DNA of 64,000 nucleotides from Chloroflexota bacterium (lineage in GTDB: Bacteria > Chloroflexota > Dehalococcoidia > Lucifugimonadales > UBA3495). The stretch is from assembly GCA_027623675.1 (NCBI GenBank), contig JAQBVF010000018.1, positions 13,356-77,355 on the forward strand, written 5' to 3'. A model generated the notes under the pieces. The model was not told the DNA's origin. It worked only from the letters and a program-made list of their open reading frames with translations, and did no database searches. Shown here piece after piece: positions 49,765 through 60,109 of this stretch (its first letter is position 1; each line of letters begins with the position of its first letter). The position numbers were made by a program, and so were the translations under genes.

Positions 49765-51006
49765 ATGCCATTAGTCGTCCACAAATATGGTGGCTCTTCC
49801 GTCGCCGACGCCGAGAAGATCAAGAACGTCGCCAGCCGCATCGCCCAGGTCAGAAAGGGAGGCACCGGCGTGGTGGCGGTGGTCTCGGCCATGGGAGACT
49901 CCACCGACGACCTGATTAACTTGGCCCATTCCGTGTCTGGGCAGCCCCATCCGAGAGAGATGGACCTGCTGCTGTCCACCGGCGAACTGGTGTCCTGCAC
50001 CCTGTTGACCATGGCCTTGGCGGACCTGGGACACGAAGCCGTGAGCTTGACCGGCTTCCAGGCCGGCATCCATACCGACACCAGCCACGGCCGCGCCCGC
50101 ATCGACCGGGTGGACACGGCGCGGATGCAGAAGGAGCTTGAAGCAGGCCGCATCGTGGTGGTGGCGGGGTTTCAGGGGATCACCGAACAGGAAGACATCA
50201 CCACACTGGGCCGAGGCGGCTCGGACACTACGGCGGTGGCTTTGGCGGCAGCCTTGGGGGCCAGCAGGTGCGAGATATACACCGATGTCGACGGCATCTA
50301 CACCGCCGACCCCCGGATCGTCCCCGAGGCCCGTAAACTGGATGAGATCGGCTATGAGGAAATGCTGGAGTTGGCCAACTACGGGGCCAAGATGCATCCC
50401 CGGTCCATCGAGCTGGGCGCGGTCTATCAGGTGCCCATCTACGTGGCCTCCAGCTTCAACGACACCCCCGGAACACTGATTCACCAAAACCCGGACAAGA
50501 TTGGGGCCGACAGTAAGAAGATGGAAAACAGAATCAAAGTCACCGGCATAGCCTGTACCACCAACGTGGCCAAGATCACCGTGCGCAGCGTGCCGGACCG
50601 CCCCGGAGTGGCCGCCGCCCTGTTTGAACCCCTTGCCGGGTCGGGGATCAGCGTCGATACCATCGTCCAGAACACGAGCGAAGACCGTACCACCGACATC
50701 AGCTTCACGGTGAGTGGCACCGACCTTAACGCCGCCCTGGCCAAGGTTGAAGACCTGGCTAAGGAGATTGGCGTTGGCAAGGTGGTCAGCGAGGCCGGTC
50801 TGGCGGCGGTGAGCGTTGTCGGCTCGGGGATGCAGAATACCCCAGGATATGCTTCCCGCATGTTCCGGGTGCTGGCCGACGGCAACGTGAATATCGATAT
50901 GATCACCACCTCGGAGATCCGGATCTCCTGCATCATCAGAGAGGAGCAATCCCAAGAGGCCGTGAGGCTCCTGCACCGGGGATTCGCCCTGGATGAGCCG
51001 GAATAG
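49765..51006 (+). CDS. lysC: Aspartate kinase
   Basis: KYGGSS, VVSAMG, TLGRGGSDTTA, DVDGIYTADPR, two ACT domains. Confidence 0.93.
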   Translation: MPLVVHKYGGSSVADAEKIKNVASRIAQVRKGGTGVVAVVSAMGDSTDDLINLAHSVSGQPHPREMDLLLSTGELVSCTLLTMALADLGHEAVSLTGFQAGIHTDTSHGRARIDRVDTARMQKELEAGRIVVVAGFQGITEQEDITTLGRGGSDTTAVALAAALGASRCEIYTDVDGIYTADPRIVPEARKLDEIGYEEMLELANYGAKMHPRSIELGAVYQVPIYVASSFNDTPGTLIHQNPDKIGADSKKMENRIKVTGIACTTNVAKITVRSVPDRPGVAAALFEPLAGSGISVDTIVQNTSEDRTTDISFTVSGTDLNAALAKVEDLAKEIGVGKVVSEAGLAAVSVVGSGMQNTPGYASRMFRVLADGNVNIDMITTSEIRISCIIREEQSQEAVRLLHRGFALDEPE

Positions 51007-51057
51007 TACAGCGTTCAGCTTTCGGCCCCCAGCCCATGATGCACCGGGAGTAGCCCT

Positions 51058-51777
51058 TTGCCTCAGCCATTCCTTTCAATAGTGATTCCTGCGTACAACG
51101 AGGAGCCGCGGATCGCGGGAACCCTGACCCGGGTGCTCGAATACCTCACGGCGCAGGACTACGAATGGGAAGTGGTGGTTGCCGACGACGGCAGCGAAGA
51201 CCGCACCGGCATTTTAGTAGGCCAAGTCATCTTGGACCACCCTCACAACGTCCGCATCCTGCGTTTGCCGCACCGAGGCAAGGGCTGGGCGGTCAAGAAC
51301 GGTATGCTGGCGGCGCAGGGCGAATACCGCCTGCTGTGCGACGCCGACTTATCGGTCCCCATCGAGCAGGTGGAGCGCATGCTCCCACCCCTGGCGCCGG
51401 ACTGCGATATCGTATTGGGATCGCGAGAAGCCCCCGGGTCGGCCCGTATCGGCGAACCGGCCCGCCGCCACCTGATGGGCCGGTTCTTCAACCTGCTGGT
51501 GACCCGCCTGGTGGTCCCCGGGCTGGCCGACACCCAGTGCGGCTTCAAATGCGTCCGGGGTGAGGCGGCGCGGGACCTGTTCCGGCGGCAGACCATGGAG
51601 GGGTTCTCCTTCGACGTGGAGCTGCTGCACCTGGCACGCAAACGGGGGTGGACCTTCGCTGAGGTCGGGGTCGACTGGCACTACCGCTCGGAAAGCAAGG
51701 TCCGGGCCATTCGGGACTCCTTGTCGATGACCCTGGACCTGCTCAAGATCCGCTGGCGGCACCGGCGCCTGGCATAG
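51058..51777 (+). CDS. GT2 glycosyltransferase (dolichyl-phosphate beta-glucosyltransferase-like)
   Basis: SIVIPAYNE, DDGS.D.T, GKG, DADLS, DTQCGFK, FDVE. Confidence 0.88.
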   Translation: MPQPFLSIVIPAYNEEPRIAGTLTRVLEYLTAQDYEWEVVVADDGSEDRTGILVGQVILDHPHNVRILRLPHRGKGWAVKNGMLAAQGEYRLLCDADLSVPIEQVERMLPPLAPDCDIVLGSREAPGSARIGEPARRHLMGRFFNLLVTRLVVPGLADTQCGFKCVRGEAARDLFRRQTMEGFSFDVELLHLARKRGWTFAEVGVDWHYRSESKVRAIRDSLSMTLDLLKIRWRHRRLA

Positions 51778-52102
51778 CCCCTTTTCCTCCGCATCGGCCT
51801 CCTGCTCAACTAGCAATACCCCTTGGTCTACCCATGTTCTTCGGCAACCGCGCGAATGCGGGGGGAATTTCTAGAAATTACGCGTTTTTGGGCTTGACCT
51901 TTGGCGAGACGATAGTGTAACTACTAGATAGACCGCAGGCATAAATCGAGCCTCGACTGTCTGACGCCCTTGAGACTGGCTGATAATCCAGAGGGCAAAT
52001 AACATAAAAGAAGAATAAGTTGCTTGTTGGGGCATGCGGTACGCGGACAAAGCTGATTCATGTGTCCGGCCCCAAAGCATGGGACGTCATACAGGAGACG
52101 CA

Positions 52103-52897
52103 ATGGACTCGGAAACGATTCAAACACCCGGCAGCGCAAGGTTGAAGCGGGACCTGGGACTAGAGGCCGTGAACCTGGCCCTTCAGGGAGAATGGCAACG
52201 CGCCACCGAGGTTAACAAGGCCATATTGGAGTTGTTTCCGGGCGAAGTCGAGGCGATGAACCGCCTGGTCAAAGCGCTTATCGAGTTGGGCAGCTACCTA
52301 GACGCGCGGGCGGTGCTGGACCGGGTGATTGAGATCGCTCCCTACAACAAGATCGCCAAGAAGAACCTGGCGCGGTTGGACCAATTGTCGGCCAATCCCG
52401 GCTCCGCCAAACAGCCCAAGAAATCGGCCGGCGCTCCCCAGATATTCATCGAGGAAAGCGGCAAATCGGCCACTACTCTCCTGCGCCAGATGTCCGGCAA
52501 AAGGTCGGTGGTTGACGTGTCACCCAGCGATCAGGTGGTCCTTTCTCCCGAAAGGACCACGGTTGCCGTGCGGACGTTGGACGGTCAGTTGCTAGGGCAG
52601 GTGGAGCCCAAGATGGGCAAGAGGCTGGCCCGCCTGATCGAGGGCGGCAACCGGTACACCGCCGCGGTGGTTACCGTGGGCGAAGAGGGCGTTACGGTGA
52701 TTATCCGGGAGACGTTCAAAGACCGCGGTCTTCAGAATGTCTGCTCCTTCCCATCGAAGTTGAAAGATGAGGACCGGGTATACCTGAAAGAGGCGGTGGC
52801 CCGGTTCATGCAGGATGATGATCTCGAAGAGGACGACGAAGAAGAGAACGTCATCGACGAAGACGCGCTGGACACCGGAGTGACCGAAGACGAGTAG
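52103..52897 (+). CDS. Tetratricopeptide-repeat protein with acidic tail
   Basis: TPR-like helices (AVNLALQGEWQRA...EAMNRL.KAL...P.N.IAKKNL), FIEESGKS, D/E-rich C-terminus; AGGAG RBS. Confidence 0.75.
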   Translation: MDSETIQTPGSARLKRDLGLEAVNLALQGEWQRATEVNKAILELFPGEVEAMNRLVKALIELGSYLDARAVLDRVIEIAPYNKIAKKNLARLDQLSANPGSAKQPKKSAGAPQIFIEESGKSATTLLRQMSGKRSVVDVSPSDQVVLSPERTTVAVRTLDGQLLGQVEPKMGKRLARLIEGGNRYTAAVVTVGEEGVTVIIRETFKDRGLQNVCSFPSKLKDEDRVYLKEAVARFMQDDDLEEDDEEENVIDEDALDTGVTEDE

Positions 52898-53189
52898 CCC
52901 CATCCCGCCTCCCCGGTGTTCTTGAGGGTGACCGGCTGGTCCCGGTACTTTTCTCCGGCCTGACCGTCCTCGCCCGTTACCCCTTTCCCTCCAAACCCCT
53001 GCCGCCGCCGTTGACCGCATACCGGAGTTCCCGGGCGGTGATTACCCCTGGTGTCCCCATGCCAGCGCCGCAGTCGCCGTGAATCGAAGGGTTTCTGCCC
53101 CGCCGGCGGCCCAATCGCAACTTCCGGGTTGAAGCCCCAAGTTACTTACCGGCAACCAGCAGGTCAATGGCGTTCAGGGCATCGCCGGT

Positions 53190-54164
53190 TCAGTCTAGCG
53201 ATACCCTGAGGACCGCAGTGTCGGGGTCGGCCCCGGAGCGCTCCACCGGCTCAACGCTGGATACCCCGCTGGCCCCCAGAAGGATGGACCGCAGCGGGTT
53301 GGGCTCTTGGAGGCGCAGCCAAACATCCATGCCGTCTCCGCTGGGGTTGGAGACGGTGCGCAGCAGATGAAGCTGGGGGTACTCCCACAGGGTATCGACG
53401 AAGTCGGCCAGGTTCCTGATCTCACCGGCGGTCTCTACGGCCAACCTCACCAAGCCTTGGTATAGCTCTGGTGCCGCTGGTTCATCAGGTTTCGCCTGGG
53501 CAGCAGCGGCGGTGATCACCGAATCATCAACCGGGGGCTGGTTAGTTCGGGACTTGAATCTCCTGGATGGGGTGATCGCCAAGTGTTCTCCGAACTCGCT
53601 GTCGGCCTCAAAGGCTGGTTCCGGCGGCTTTAGAGTTTCAGCCTGCGTAGTGACTTGAGCCGGACTGTCACTTCCGATCTTATTGGGCATGTCCTCGAAG
53701 AATGACGTGTTGGGTTGATTTGCCAGCGGCCTTATCGCCGAAGGCCGGGCTGGGCCGTTATTGACGCGCCGGAGGACCGCTTTGACTCGGCCGCTGAGTT
53801 CATAGACCGAGAAAGGCTTGGTGATGTAGTCCTGCGCCCCCATCTCAAGGCCGCGGACCTTGTCCCTGTCGCGGCCGGCGCCGGTTACCATGATTATGGG
53901 CACTTGAGACGACTCGCGAATCTTCTGGCAGACGGTGAAGCCGTCCATGCCGGGCAGGTAGATGTCCAAGAGAACCAGCACCGGAGAGGCGCCTTCGAGG
54001 ACCTCCAGTGCTTCTTCTCCGCTGCCGGAGTTGATGACTGTGTAGCCTTCCTGTTCCAGTACGAAACGCTCTATCGTTGCGGTGTTTTTGTCGTCTTCGA
54101 CGACTAGGATCAGTTCGCCGTTTTGGTCGGGTACGCCGTCCGATCCCGTCCTGTCCGTCTCCAT
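53190..54164 (-). CDS. Response regulator: receiver domain plus non-canonical C-terminal domain
   Basis: ILVVEDD, LLDIYLPGMDG, PIIMVT, GAQDYITKPF; low-complexity linker; no winged HTH evident. Confidence 0.8.
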   Translation of the reverse strand: METDRTGSDGVPDQNGELILVVEDDKNTATIERFVLEQEGYTVINSGSGEEALEVLEGASPVLVLLDIYLPGMDGFTVCQKIRESSQVPIIMVTGAGRDRDKVRGLEMGAQDYITKPFSVYELSGRVKAVLRRVNNGPARPSAIRPLANQPNTSFFEDMPNKIGSDSPAQVTTQAETLKPPEPAFEADSEFGEHLAITPSRRFKSRTNQPPVDDSVITAAAAQAKPDEPAAPELYQGLVRLAVETAGEIRNLADFVDTLWEYPQLHLLRTVSNPSGDGMDVWLRLQEPNPLRSILLGASGVSSVEPVERSGADPDTAVLRVSLD

Positions 54165-54427
54165 GTTACGGAACGCCTCCAGGGTTTTGGTTAAAGCCAA
54201 TCTTAGGTTCAACGCTAACATGGAACGGTTTTAAAAGAGAGCCGCGCCGCCATCAGACAAGATCAAGCGTAACAATGGCCACCGGCCGATCAGAGGAGCC
54301 CCTTTAACGCGGGGTATTGCCTAGCCATGATTTGGCCTATAGAATGTCTAATTGTTGCGCTTAGATATACCGGTTTTAGATTTCAGGCCGTTTGCTGGCC
54401 AACCGATAACTTCAGGAGGACAGGTGA

Positions 54428-54796
54428 TTGGAAGTACTAGGTTCTCATCTCTTGCTGGAACTCAAGAACTGTAACTCCGAGCTACTTAACGACCTCTCTT
54501 ACATTCGCAAGGCGATGATAGAGACAGCCCAGGACGTAGGCGCCACCATCGTCGGCGAATCTTTCCACCACTTCTCTCCTCAGGGCGTTACCGGGATCCT
54601 GGCTATCGCCGAGTCCCATATATCGATTCACACCTGGCCCGAATACGGATATGCAGCGGCGGATATCTTTTCCTGCGGGACCTCATTCCGCCCCATGGAA
54701 GCCGCGACCAAGCTGGCCGAGGCTCTGGAATGCCGCACACCGGAGATTCGAGAGATTCAACGGGGACTGGCGGTCCACGAGGCTGTGGGACGCTAA
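54428..54796 (+). CDS. speD: S-adenosylmethionine decarboxylase proenzyme
   Basis: HFSPQGVTG, AESHISIHTWPEYG (pyruvoyl site), DIFSCG. Confidence 0.93.
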   Translation: MEVLGSHLLLELKNCNSELLNDLSYIRKAMIETAQDVGATIVGESFHHFSPQGVTGILAIAESHISIHTWPEYGYAAADIFSCGTSFRPMEAATKLAEALECRTPEIREIQRGLAVHEAVGR

Positions 54797-54815
54797 GCGG
54801 GTTCCTAACCTTTCT

Positions 54816-55727
54816 ATGGATATGACCGGCAACTGGTTCATCGAGGGCGTCTACGCCGACCTGTCCGTTATGCTCAAGGTCCGGCAGATCTTGTATTCAG
54901 GCCAAACCGAATACCAGAAGGTTGAAGTCCTGGATTCGGAGCTCTTTGGACGTAGCCTGGTCCTGGACGGGAAAACCCAGTCCACGGAACGGGACGAGTA
55001 CATCTACCACGAAACGCTGGTCCACCCCGCCATGTTCTGTCACCCGGAGCCCAAACAGGTCTTCATCGGCGGAGGCGGCGAAGGCGGCACGCTCCGCGAG
55101 GTCCTGGCCCACAAGTCGGTGGAACGCGCCACCATGATTGACCTCGACCCGCAGGTGGTAGCGCTCTGCCGGGAACACCTTCCCAACCATCACCAGGGCA
55201 GCTTCGACGACCCCAGGACCAACCTGATTCATGAGGACGCGCGCGGCTATCTGGAAAACACGTCCGACTTCTACGACGCCATAATCCTGGACCTGGTCGA
55301 CCCGCTGGAAGGCGGCACCGCCGCTCTGCTCTACACCCACGAGTTCTACGCCGCGGCCAAGGCCAGGCTTAACCCCGGCGGAGTGCTGGTTACCCAGTCT
55401 GGCCCGGCTGGGCTGCTCAGTTTCACCGAGTGTTTCACCACGATCTTCAACACGCTTGGCGGCATCTTCGCTCACACCAAGGCGGTCCAGGTGCACGTGC
55501 CTGCTTTCCAGACCCTGTGGGGGTTTACCATCGCTTCGGACGCAGCATTCTCCCCAACTTCCGAGGATGAGGTTGACGCGGAGATAGCGCGGAGATTGTC
55601 CAAACCGCTGAGATACTACGACGGCGAGAGTCACCGCAATATGCACGCTCTGACCCGTTTCCAGCGGGAGGGCCTGAAGAGCGAGACCAGGGTCAACACG
55701 GACGCCGACCCGGTGTTCATGATTTAG
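54816..55727 (+). CDS. speE: Polyamine aminopropyltransferase (spermidine synthase)
   Basis: LVLDG..QS...DE..YHE, IGGGGEGG..REVL, IILDLVDP. Confidence 0.92.
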   Translation: MDMTGNWFIEGVYADLSVMLKVRQILYSGQTEYQKVEVLDSELFGRSLVLDGKTQSTERDEYIYHETLVHPAMFCHPEPKQVFIGGGGEGGTLREVLAHKSVERATMIDLDPQVVALCREHLPNHHQGSFDDPRTNLIHEDARGYLENTSDFYDAIILDLVDPLEGGTAALLYTHEFYAAAKARLNPGGVLVTQSGPAGLLSFTECFTTIFNTLGGIFAHTKAVQVHVPAFQTLWGFTIASDAAFSPTSEDEVDAEIARRLSKPLRYYDGESHRNMHALTRFQREGLKSETRVNTDADPVFMI

Positions 55728-55788
55728 GTGGCGGCACAGCCGCGGTTAAGACCTGCCGGTTACGGCGGGAATCTGGTTAATCAACAAA

Positions 55789-55818
55789 AAAACGGAGCGC
55801 TGAAGAGCGCTCCGTTTT
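55789..55818. terminator. Bidirectional intrinsic terminator
   Basis: AAAACGGAGCGCT-GAAG-AGCGCTCCGTTTT between convergent genes. Confidence 0.88.
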
Positions 55819-55845
55819 GCTTTCGCCTTTATGTATCCTTGCTGT

Positions 55846-57879
55846 TTACGGGCGGATGAGCACGCGAGTGGTGCCATCAGGGTCGGTCCTCTTGGTCATG
55901 ACCTCGTGTCCGGCCTTCTCGGCCCATAGCGAGACATCGTAGATGTTCAAGGCGTCGGCCAGGATGGCTTCCACGAAGGAATCCTTGTCCATGTCCACCT
56001 GGCGGGTCAGGGCGGCGATGACGCCGGCGCAACTCTTGCCCCGGCCGTCGATGACGATCCAGCCGCCGGAGCCAGTCACCGGTATCTCCTCGCCGTCGTA
56101 GACGTCAACCTCGCCGCTCTTGCGGAGGTCCAGTTGGCGCTTGAATTCAGCCACTGCCTCCCAGGCCACGGCCCGGTCGCGTTCGCCGTTGCCGCAGACC
56201 GCCCCCCGCACGCCGACGATGTCGGGGTTGATGCGGGCCAGTTCGTCCAGGTCGGCAATCTTCAAGTGGCCGGACAGAGCCGTGCTCATGCCCAGTTCCT
56301 TGCCCTTGAGCACGATGTCTTTCAGTACCGGCTCGGACATGAAATCGAACAGGTTGCGGCCGTCCTTGGTCAGGGTGTCGATGAGGAACCCGTCACACTC
56401 GCCGTCCTTGGCCAGCTCAACCATGCACATGGGGTCGAGGCCGTTCTCGAACATCTCGTTATCGGCGAAGACCGACCCGACGAGTTTGGTGTTGAAACCT
56501 TCCAGGGCCATCCGTGACTCTCTGAGGACCTCAACCGCCTGGTCGTAGTTGGCTTCTTGAAATCCAACTTTCACCGACGTGGCGTCCATCACGGCGGCGG
56601 CGTACACGGCCATGGCCACTGTGCCGGGCTGGTTGGGAACCACGCCCAGTGTGACGCTGACATGCTTCTCCACCGGCATGATTCCCCTGACGGCTTTAAC
56701 GATGTTGGGGTGGCCGGAACCCACCAGTGCTTCTTGCAGGTTCTTGACGTCCACCACGTCGGCGCCACCCTGCTCGGCCTCCATCGCCTCTTCCATATTC
56801 TGGACGCTGACCATGAGCAGCATGCCCGAGGCGAAGTTATTGTTTCCGTCGAGCCATGATCCGCGGGACCGGGTGGGTTGGGCGTGGATCACGGGAGGCG
56901 CTGGGACGGGCTTTAGGGGCTGTAGTTCTTCTCTCAATTCAGACTTCTCCACTGGTGATAGATCAAATAATGGTGGCCGTACCGACCCGGCCGACATGCC
57001 CATGAGCTCGCCCCAATGCTTGACCATGGAGACGGGCAGAGCGCCGTTGAACTTGGTCTGGGTCCTTGTCCACCAGGTATCGGACAGTTCCTTCAGGCGG
57101 CGCAGTTTGTTATCGTAAAAGGTCTCGTCCAGGTCGCCTCGGCAGGCCCGGTCGATCCACTGGACGTAGTTGTTTACGCCCGGCACGTCGAAGCGCCAGT
57201 CGGACGTGTTGGCGAACATGGCCTGTTGTTGGATGCCCAGTTCCTGGCCCTTGAAGAATATCCACTCGTCGGGGGTGCTGATGACGTGGTCTTTACCGAG
57301 GGAAAGATGGGTTTCGATGGATATCTGCTGATTGAAGCTGGCCTCTTTCACTCCAACAACGTTGGGGATGCTGCAGACCCGGCCTAGGCCGTAGGGGCTC
57401 ATGATGATGCCGAACTGGGGCGAGTTGTAGAACATTATCGCCAGATTGGTGTTGTCCGCCAGTATCCGCACGAACTCAACCACCTGGTCCTCGGTCTTGG
57501 TGGCCATATAGGACGGTGCGACGATCAGAAGGTCAAAACCCGTGGCCTCGGCATGTTGGGCCAGCGAGACCATGTCAGAAGCTGAGGTGTGGGTGACGTG
57601 GGCGCCGATGGGCCATTTGCCGGCGGCTTCTTCGGCGGTGGCGTCCATAACCTGGATACGCTCATCGTAGGTCAGGCTCCAGAACTCCCCCATGTTCCAG
57701 GTGCAGCCGGCGCCGGTGGTGCCAAGGCTACGAACGTGGCGTATGTTCCGCTTGATCCCGTCAACGTCGATGCGGTTGTCGGGAGTGAAGGGAGTGATGA
57801 GGGTGGTCCATTGTCCCTTGATGGTTTCCCATGCCCAATCCTGGGCCTCGTGTTTCTTATAGCTCGCCATTGGCTCCAT
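55846..57879 (-). CDS. Three-domain fusion: DapA/NAL-family aldolase + MfnB (4-HFC-P synthase, DUF556)-like + TusA-like domain
   Basis: ITPF, NMGEF, FYNSP, VGVKEAS; then MLLMVS..NMEEA..GGADVVDVKN, KVG, DTLTKDG, PDIVGVRGAVC; then IDGRGKSC...W....GHEV. Confidence 0.85.
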   Translation of the reverse strand: MEPMASYKKHEAQDWAWETIKGQWTTLITPFTPDNRIDVDGIKRNIRHVRSLGTTGAGCTWNMGEFWSLTYDERIQVMDATAEEAAGKWPIGAHVTHTSASDMVSLAQHAEATGFDLLIVAPSYMATKTEDQVVEFVRILADNTNLAIMFYNSPQFGIIMSPYGLGRVCSIPNVVGVKEASFNQQISIETHLSLGKDHVISTPDEWIFFKGQELGIQQQAMFANTSDWRFDVPGVNNYVQWIDRACRGDLDETFYDNKLRRLKELSDTWWTRTQTKFNGALPVSMVKHWGELMGMSAGSVRPPLFDLSPVEKSELREELQPLKPVPAPPVIHAQPTRSRGSWLDGNNNFASGMLLMVSVQNMEEAMEAEQGGADVVDVKNLQEALVGSGHPNIVKAVRGIMPVEKHVSVTLGVVPNQPGTVAMAVYAAAVMDATSVKVGFQEANYDQAVEVLRESRMALEGFNTKLVGSVFADNEMFENGLDPMCMVELAKDGECDGFLIDTLTKDGRNLFDFMSEPVLKDIVLKGKELGMSTALSGHLKIADLDELARINPDIVGVRGAVCGNGERDRAVAWEAVAEFKRQLDLRKSGEVDVYDGEEIPVTGSGGWIVIDGRGKSCAGVIAALTRQVDMDKDSFVEAILADALNIYDVSLWAEKAGHEVMTKRTDPDGTTRVLIRP

Positions 57880-57959
57880 GCTCCGTGAGTTAATGTGGTA
57901 AGGTCCGGTCTATCGCACGGTGATTGGTTGCAGCCCTGATTGTTGGCGCGGCGTTACCG

Positions 57960-59933
57960 CTAATCCTCGTCGCCATATTGCTCCTTTAGAGAGTCTACCA
58001 CTGCCGGGTCGGCCAGGGTTGTGGTGTCGCCCAAGGCCCGGCCCTCCGCCACGTCCCGCAGCAGCCGGCGCATGATCTTGCCGCTGCGGGTCTTGGGCAG
58101 TTCGGCGGCGAAGATGATGTCGTCGGGGCGGGCCATGGCGCCGATCTTGCCGGCCACATGGGCCTTCAATTCGGTGATGACGTCTTCGGACATGCTCACG
58201 GTGTCTTTGAGGGTAACAAATGCGACCACCGCCTGGCCCTTGATCTCGTGGGCCTTGCCGATGCAGGCGGCCTCGGCGACCTTGGGGTTGTCCACCAAGG
58301 CGCTTTCGACCTCCATGGTGCCGATTCGGTGGCCGGAGACGTTGATCACATCGTCCACCCGGCCCAGGAGCCAGAAATCGCCGTCCTCGTCAAGCTTGGC
58401 GCCGTCGGCGGTGAAGTAGATATCCGGATAGCGCGACCAATATTGCTCCACGTAGCGCTCTTCGTCTCCGTAGATGGTGCGGAGCATGGACGGCCAGGGT
58501 TTCTTGATCGTGAGATAACCGCCGCCTCCCGGTCCCACCGAGTTGCCTTGGTCGTCCAGGATCGCAGCCTCGATCCCGGGGAATGCCCGGGTGGCCGAGC
58601 CGGGTTTGAGGGTGGTTATGCCCGGCAGCGGCGCGATAAGGATGCTGCCGGTCTCGGTTTGCCACCAGGTGTCCACCACCGGGCAATTTCCGCCGCCGAT
58701 GTTCTCGTGGTACCACATCCAGGCCTCGGGGTTGATGGGCTCGCCCACCGAGCCGAGGAGACGCAGGCTGGTTAGGTCGTGCTTCTGGGGATAGCTTTCG
58801 CCCCAGCGCATGAACGTGCGGATGGCCGTGGGCGCCGTGTAGAGGATACTCACGCCATACTTGGCGACGATTTCCCAGAACCGGTCCCGGTCGGGATAAT
58901 CGGGCGAGCCTTCGTACATCACCGACGTGGCGCCGTTGGCCAGCGGGCCGTAGACGATGTAGCTGTGTCCGGTCACCCATCCGATGTCGGCGGTGCACCA
59001 ATAGGTGTCGTTCTCTTTGATGTCGAAGATCCACTTGAAGGTGGCATAGGTACCCAGGAGATAGCCGGCGGAGGTATGGACGATACCCTTGGGCTTGCCG
59101 GTGGTGCCGCTGGTGTAGAGCAGGTACAGCATGTCCTCGCTGTCCATCTTCTCCGGTTCGCAGGTCAGGGGCTGGCCCTTCATAAGGTCGTGCCACCAGA
59201 TGTCGCGGCCTTCCACCATCTTGTCGTCGGCGGTCTCGGTCCGGCGCAGCACCACAACCTTCTCGATGCTGGGAGCGCCGCCTTCTTTGCCGTCCTCCGT
59301 CAGCAGGGAATCGTCGGAGTTCTGTTTCAGCGGGACGACGCCGCCGCGCCGATAACCGCCGTCGGCGGTTATTAATATCTTGGACTCGGAGTCGTTGATG
59401 CGGTCGCGCAGGGACTCGGCGCTGAACCCGCCGAATACCACGCTGTGGGCGGCGCCGATACGGGCGCAGGCAAGCATGGCGATGGGGAGCTCTGGCACCA
59501 TGGGCAGGTAGATGGTGACCCGGTCGCCCTTCTTAACGCCCAGGCTCTTCAGGCCGTTGGCGAACTGGCAGACCTCGCGGTAGAGGTCGAAGTAGGTGTA
59601 GACCCGGCGGTCGCCCGGCTCGCCCTCCCAGATGATGGCTGCCTTGTTGCGGCGGCTGCCGGTTAGATGCCGGTCCAAGCAGTTGTAGGCGACATTGAGC
59701 TGGCCGCCAAGGAACCACTGGGCGTGGGGCGGCTTCCAGTCCAGCACTTGGTCCCATTTCTTGAACCAGTCGAGCTCTTCAGCAAACTTTGCCCAGAATG
59801 ATTCGGGGTCGCGTGCCGCTCCTTCGTAAACATTGGGGTCGGAGATGTTAGCCTGGGCCCGGAACGCCTCGGCAGGAGGAAATAATCGATCCTCTTGGAG
59901 CAAGGCATCGAATCTTCCGGAATCTTCTACCAC
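57960..59933 (-). CDS. acs: Acetate-CoA ligase
   Basis: [54 protein letters not shown]. Confidence 0.96.
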   Translation of the reverse strand: MVEDSGRFDALLQEDRLFPPAEAFRAQANISDPNVYEGAARDPESFWAKFAEELDWFKKWDQVLDWKPPHAQWFLGGQLNVAYNCLDRHLTGSRRNKAAIIWEGEPGDRRVYTYFDLYREVCQFANGLKSLGVKKGDRVTIYLPMVPELPIAMLACARIGAAHSVVFGGFSAESLRDRINDSESKILITADGGYRRGGVVPLKQNSDDSLLTEDGKEGGAPSIEKVVVLRRTETADDKMVEGRDIWWHDLMKGQPLTCEPEKMDSEDMLYLLYTSGTTGKPKGIVHTSAGYLLGTYATFKWIFDIKENDTYWCTADIGWVTGHSYIVYGPLANGATSVMYEGSPDYPDRDRFWEIVAKYGVSILYTAPTAIRTFMRWGESYPQKHDLTSLRLLGSVGEPINPEAWMWYHENIGGGNCPVVDTWWQTETGSILIAPLPGITTLKPGSATRAFPGIEAAILDDQGNSVGPGGGGYLTIKKPWPSMLRTIYGDEERYVEQYWSRYPDIYFTADGAKLDEDGDFWLLGRVDDVINVSGHRIGTMEVESALVDNPKVAEAACIGKAHEIKGQAVVAFVTLKDTVSMSEDVITELKAHVAGKIGAMARPDDIIFAAELPKTRSGKIMRRLLRDVAEGRALGDTTTLADPAVVDSLKEQYGDED

Positions 59934-60109
59934 TTGGCAACCTCCTGACCGGTTTGAACTCGTCTAGGCCGGCGGGAACACGGCCAGGTGGCTCGCTCCG
60001 CCGTAGGCTGAATCACCAGGAATTTTCACACAAGCGGGTAAGCATTGCAATCAGAATCTGCTCGGCGGCGTATCGACATTTAAGGCTGATGGCGTAGAAT
60101 TCGTTACCT

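Noticed and set aside
49771..50976. Long antisense ORFs (also 8309-9379, 13939-15057, 25800-26816, 47675-48565 and others)
   Set aside because: Shadow frames of well-supported genes, expected from GC-rich codon bias; no motifs.
51930..52010. TPP or other known riboswitch before the TPR gene
   Set aside because: CTGG...ATAAT.CCAG resembles TPP P5, but the CTGAGA and ACCTGA motifs are missing.
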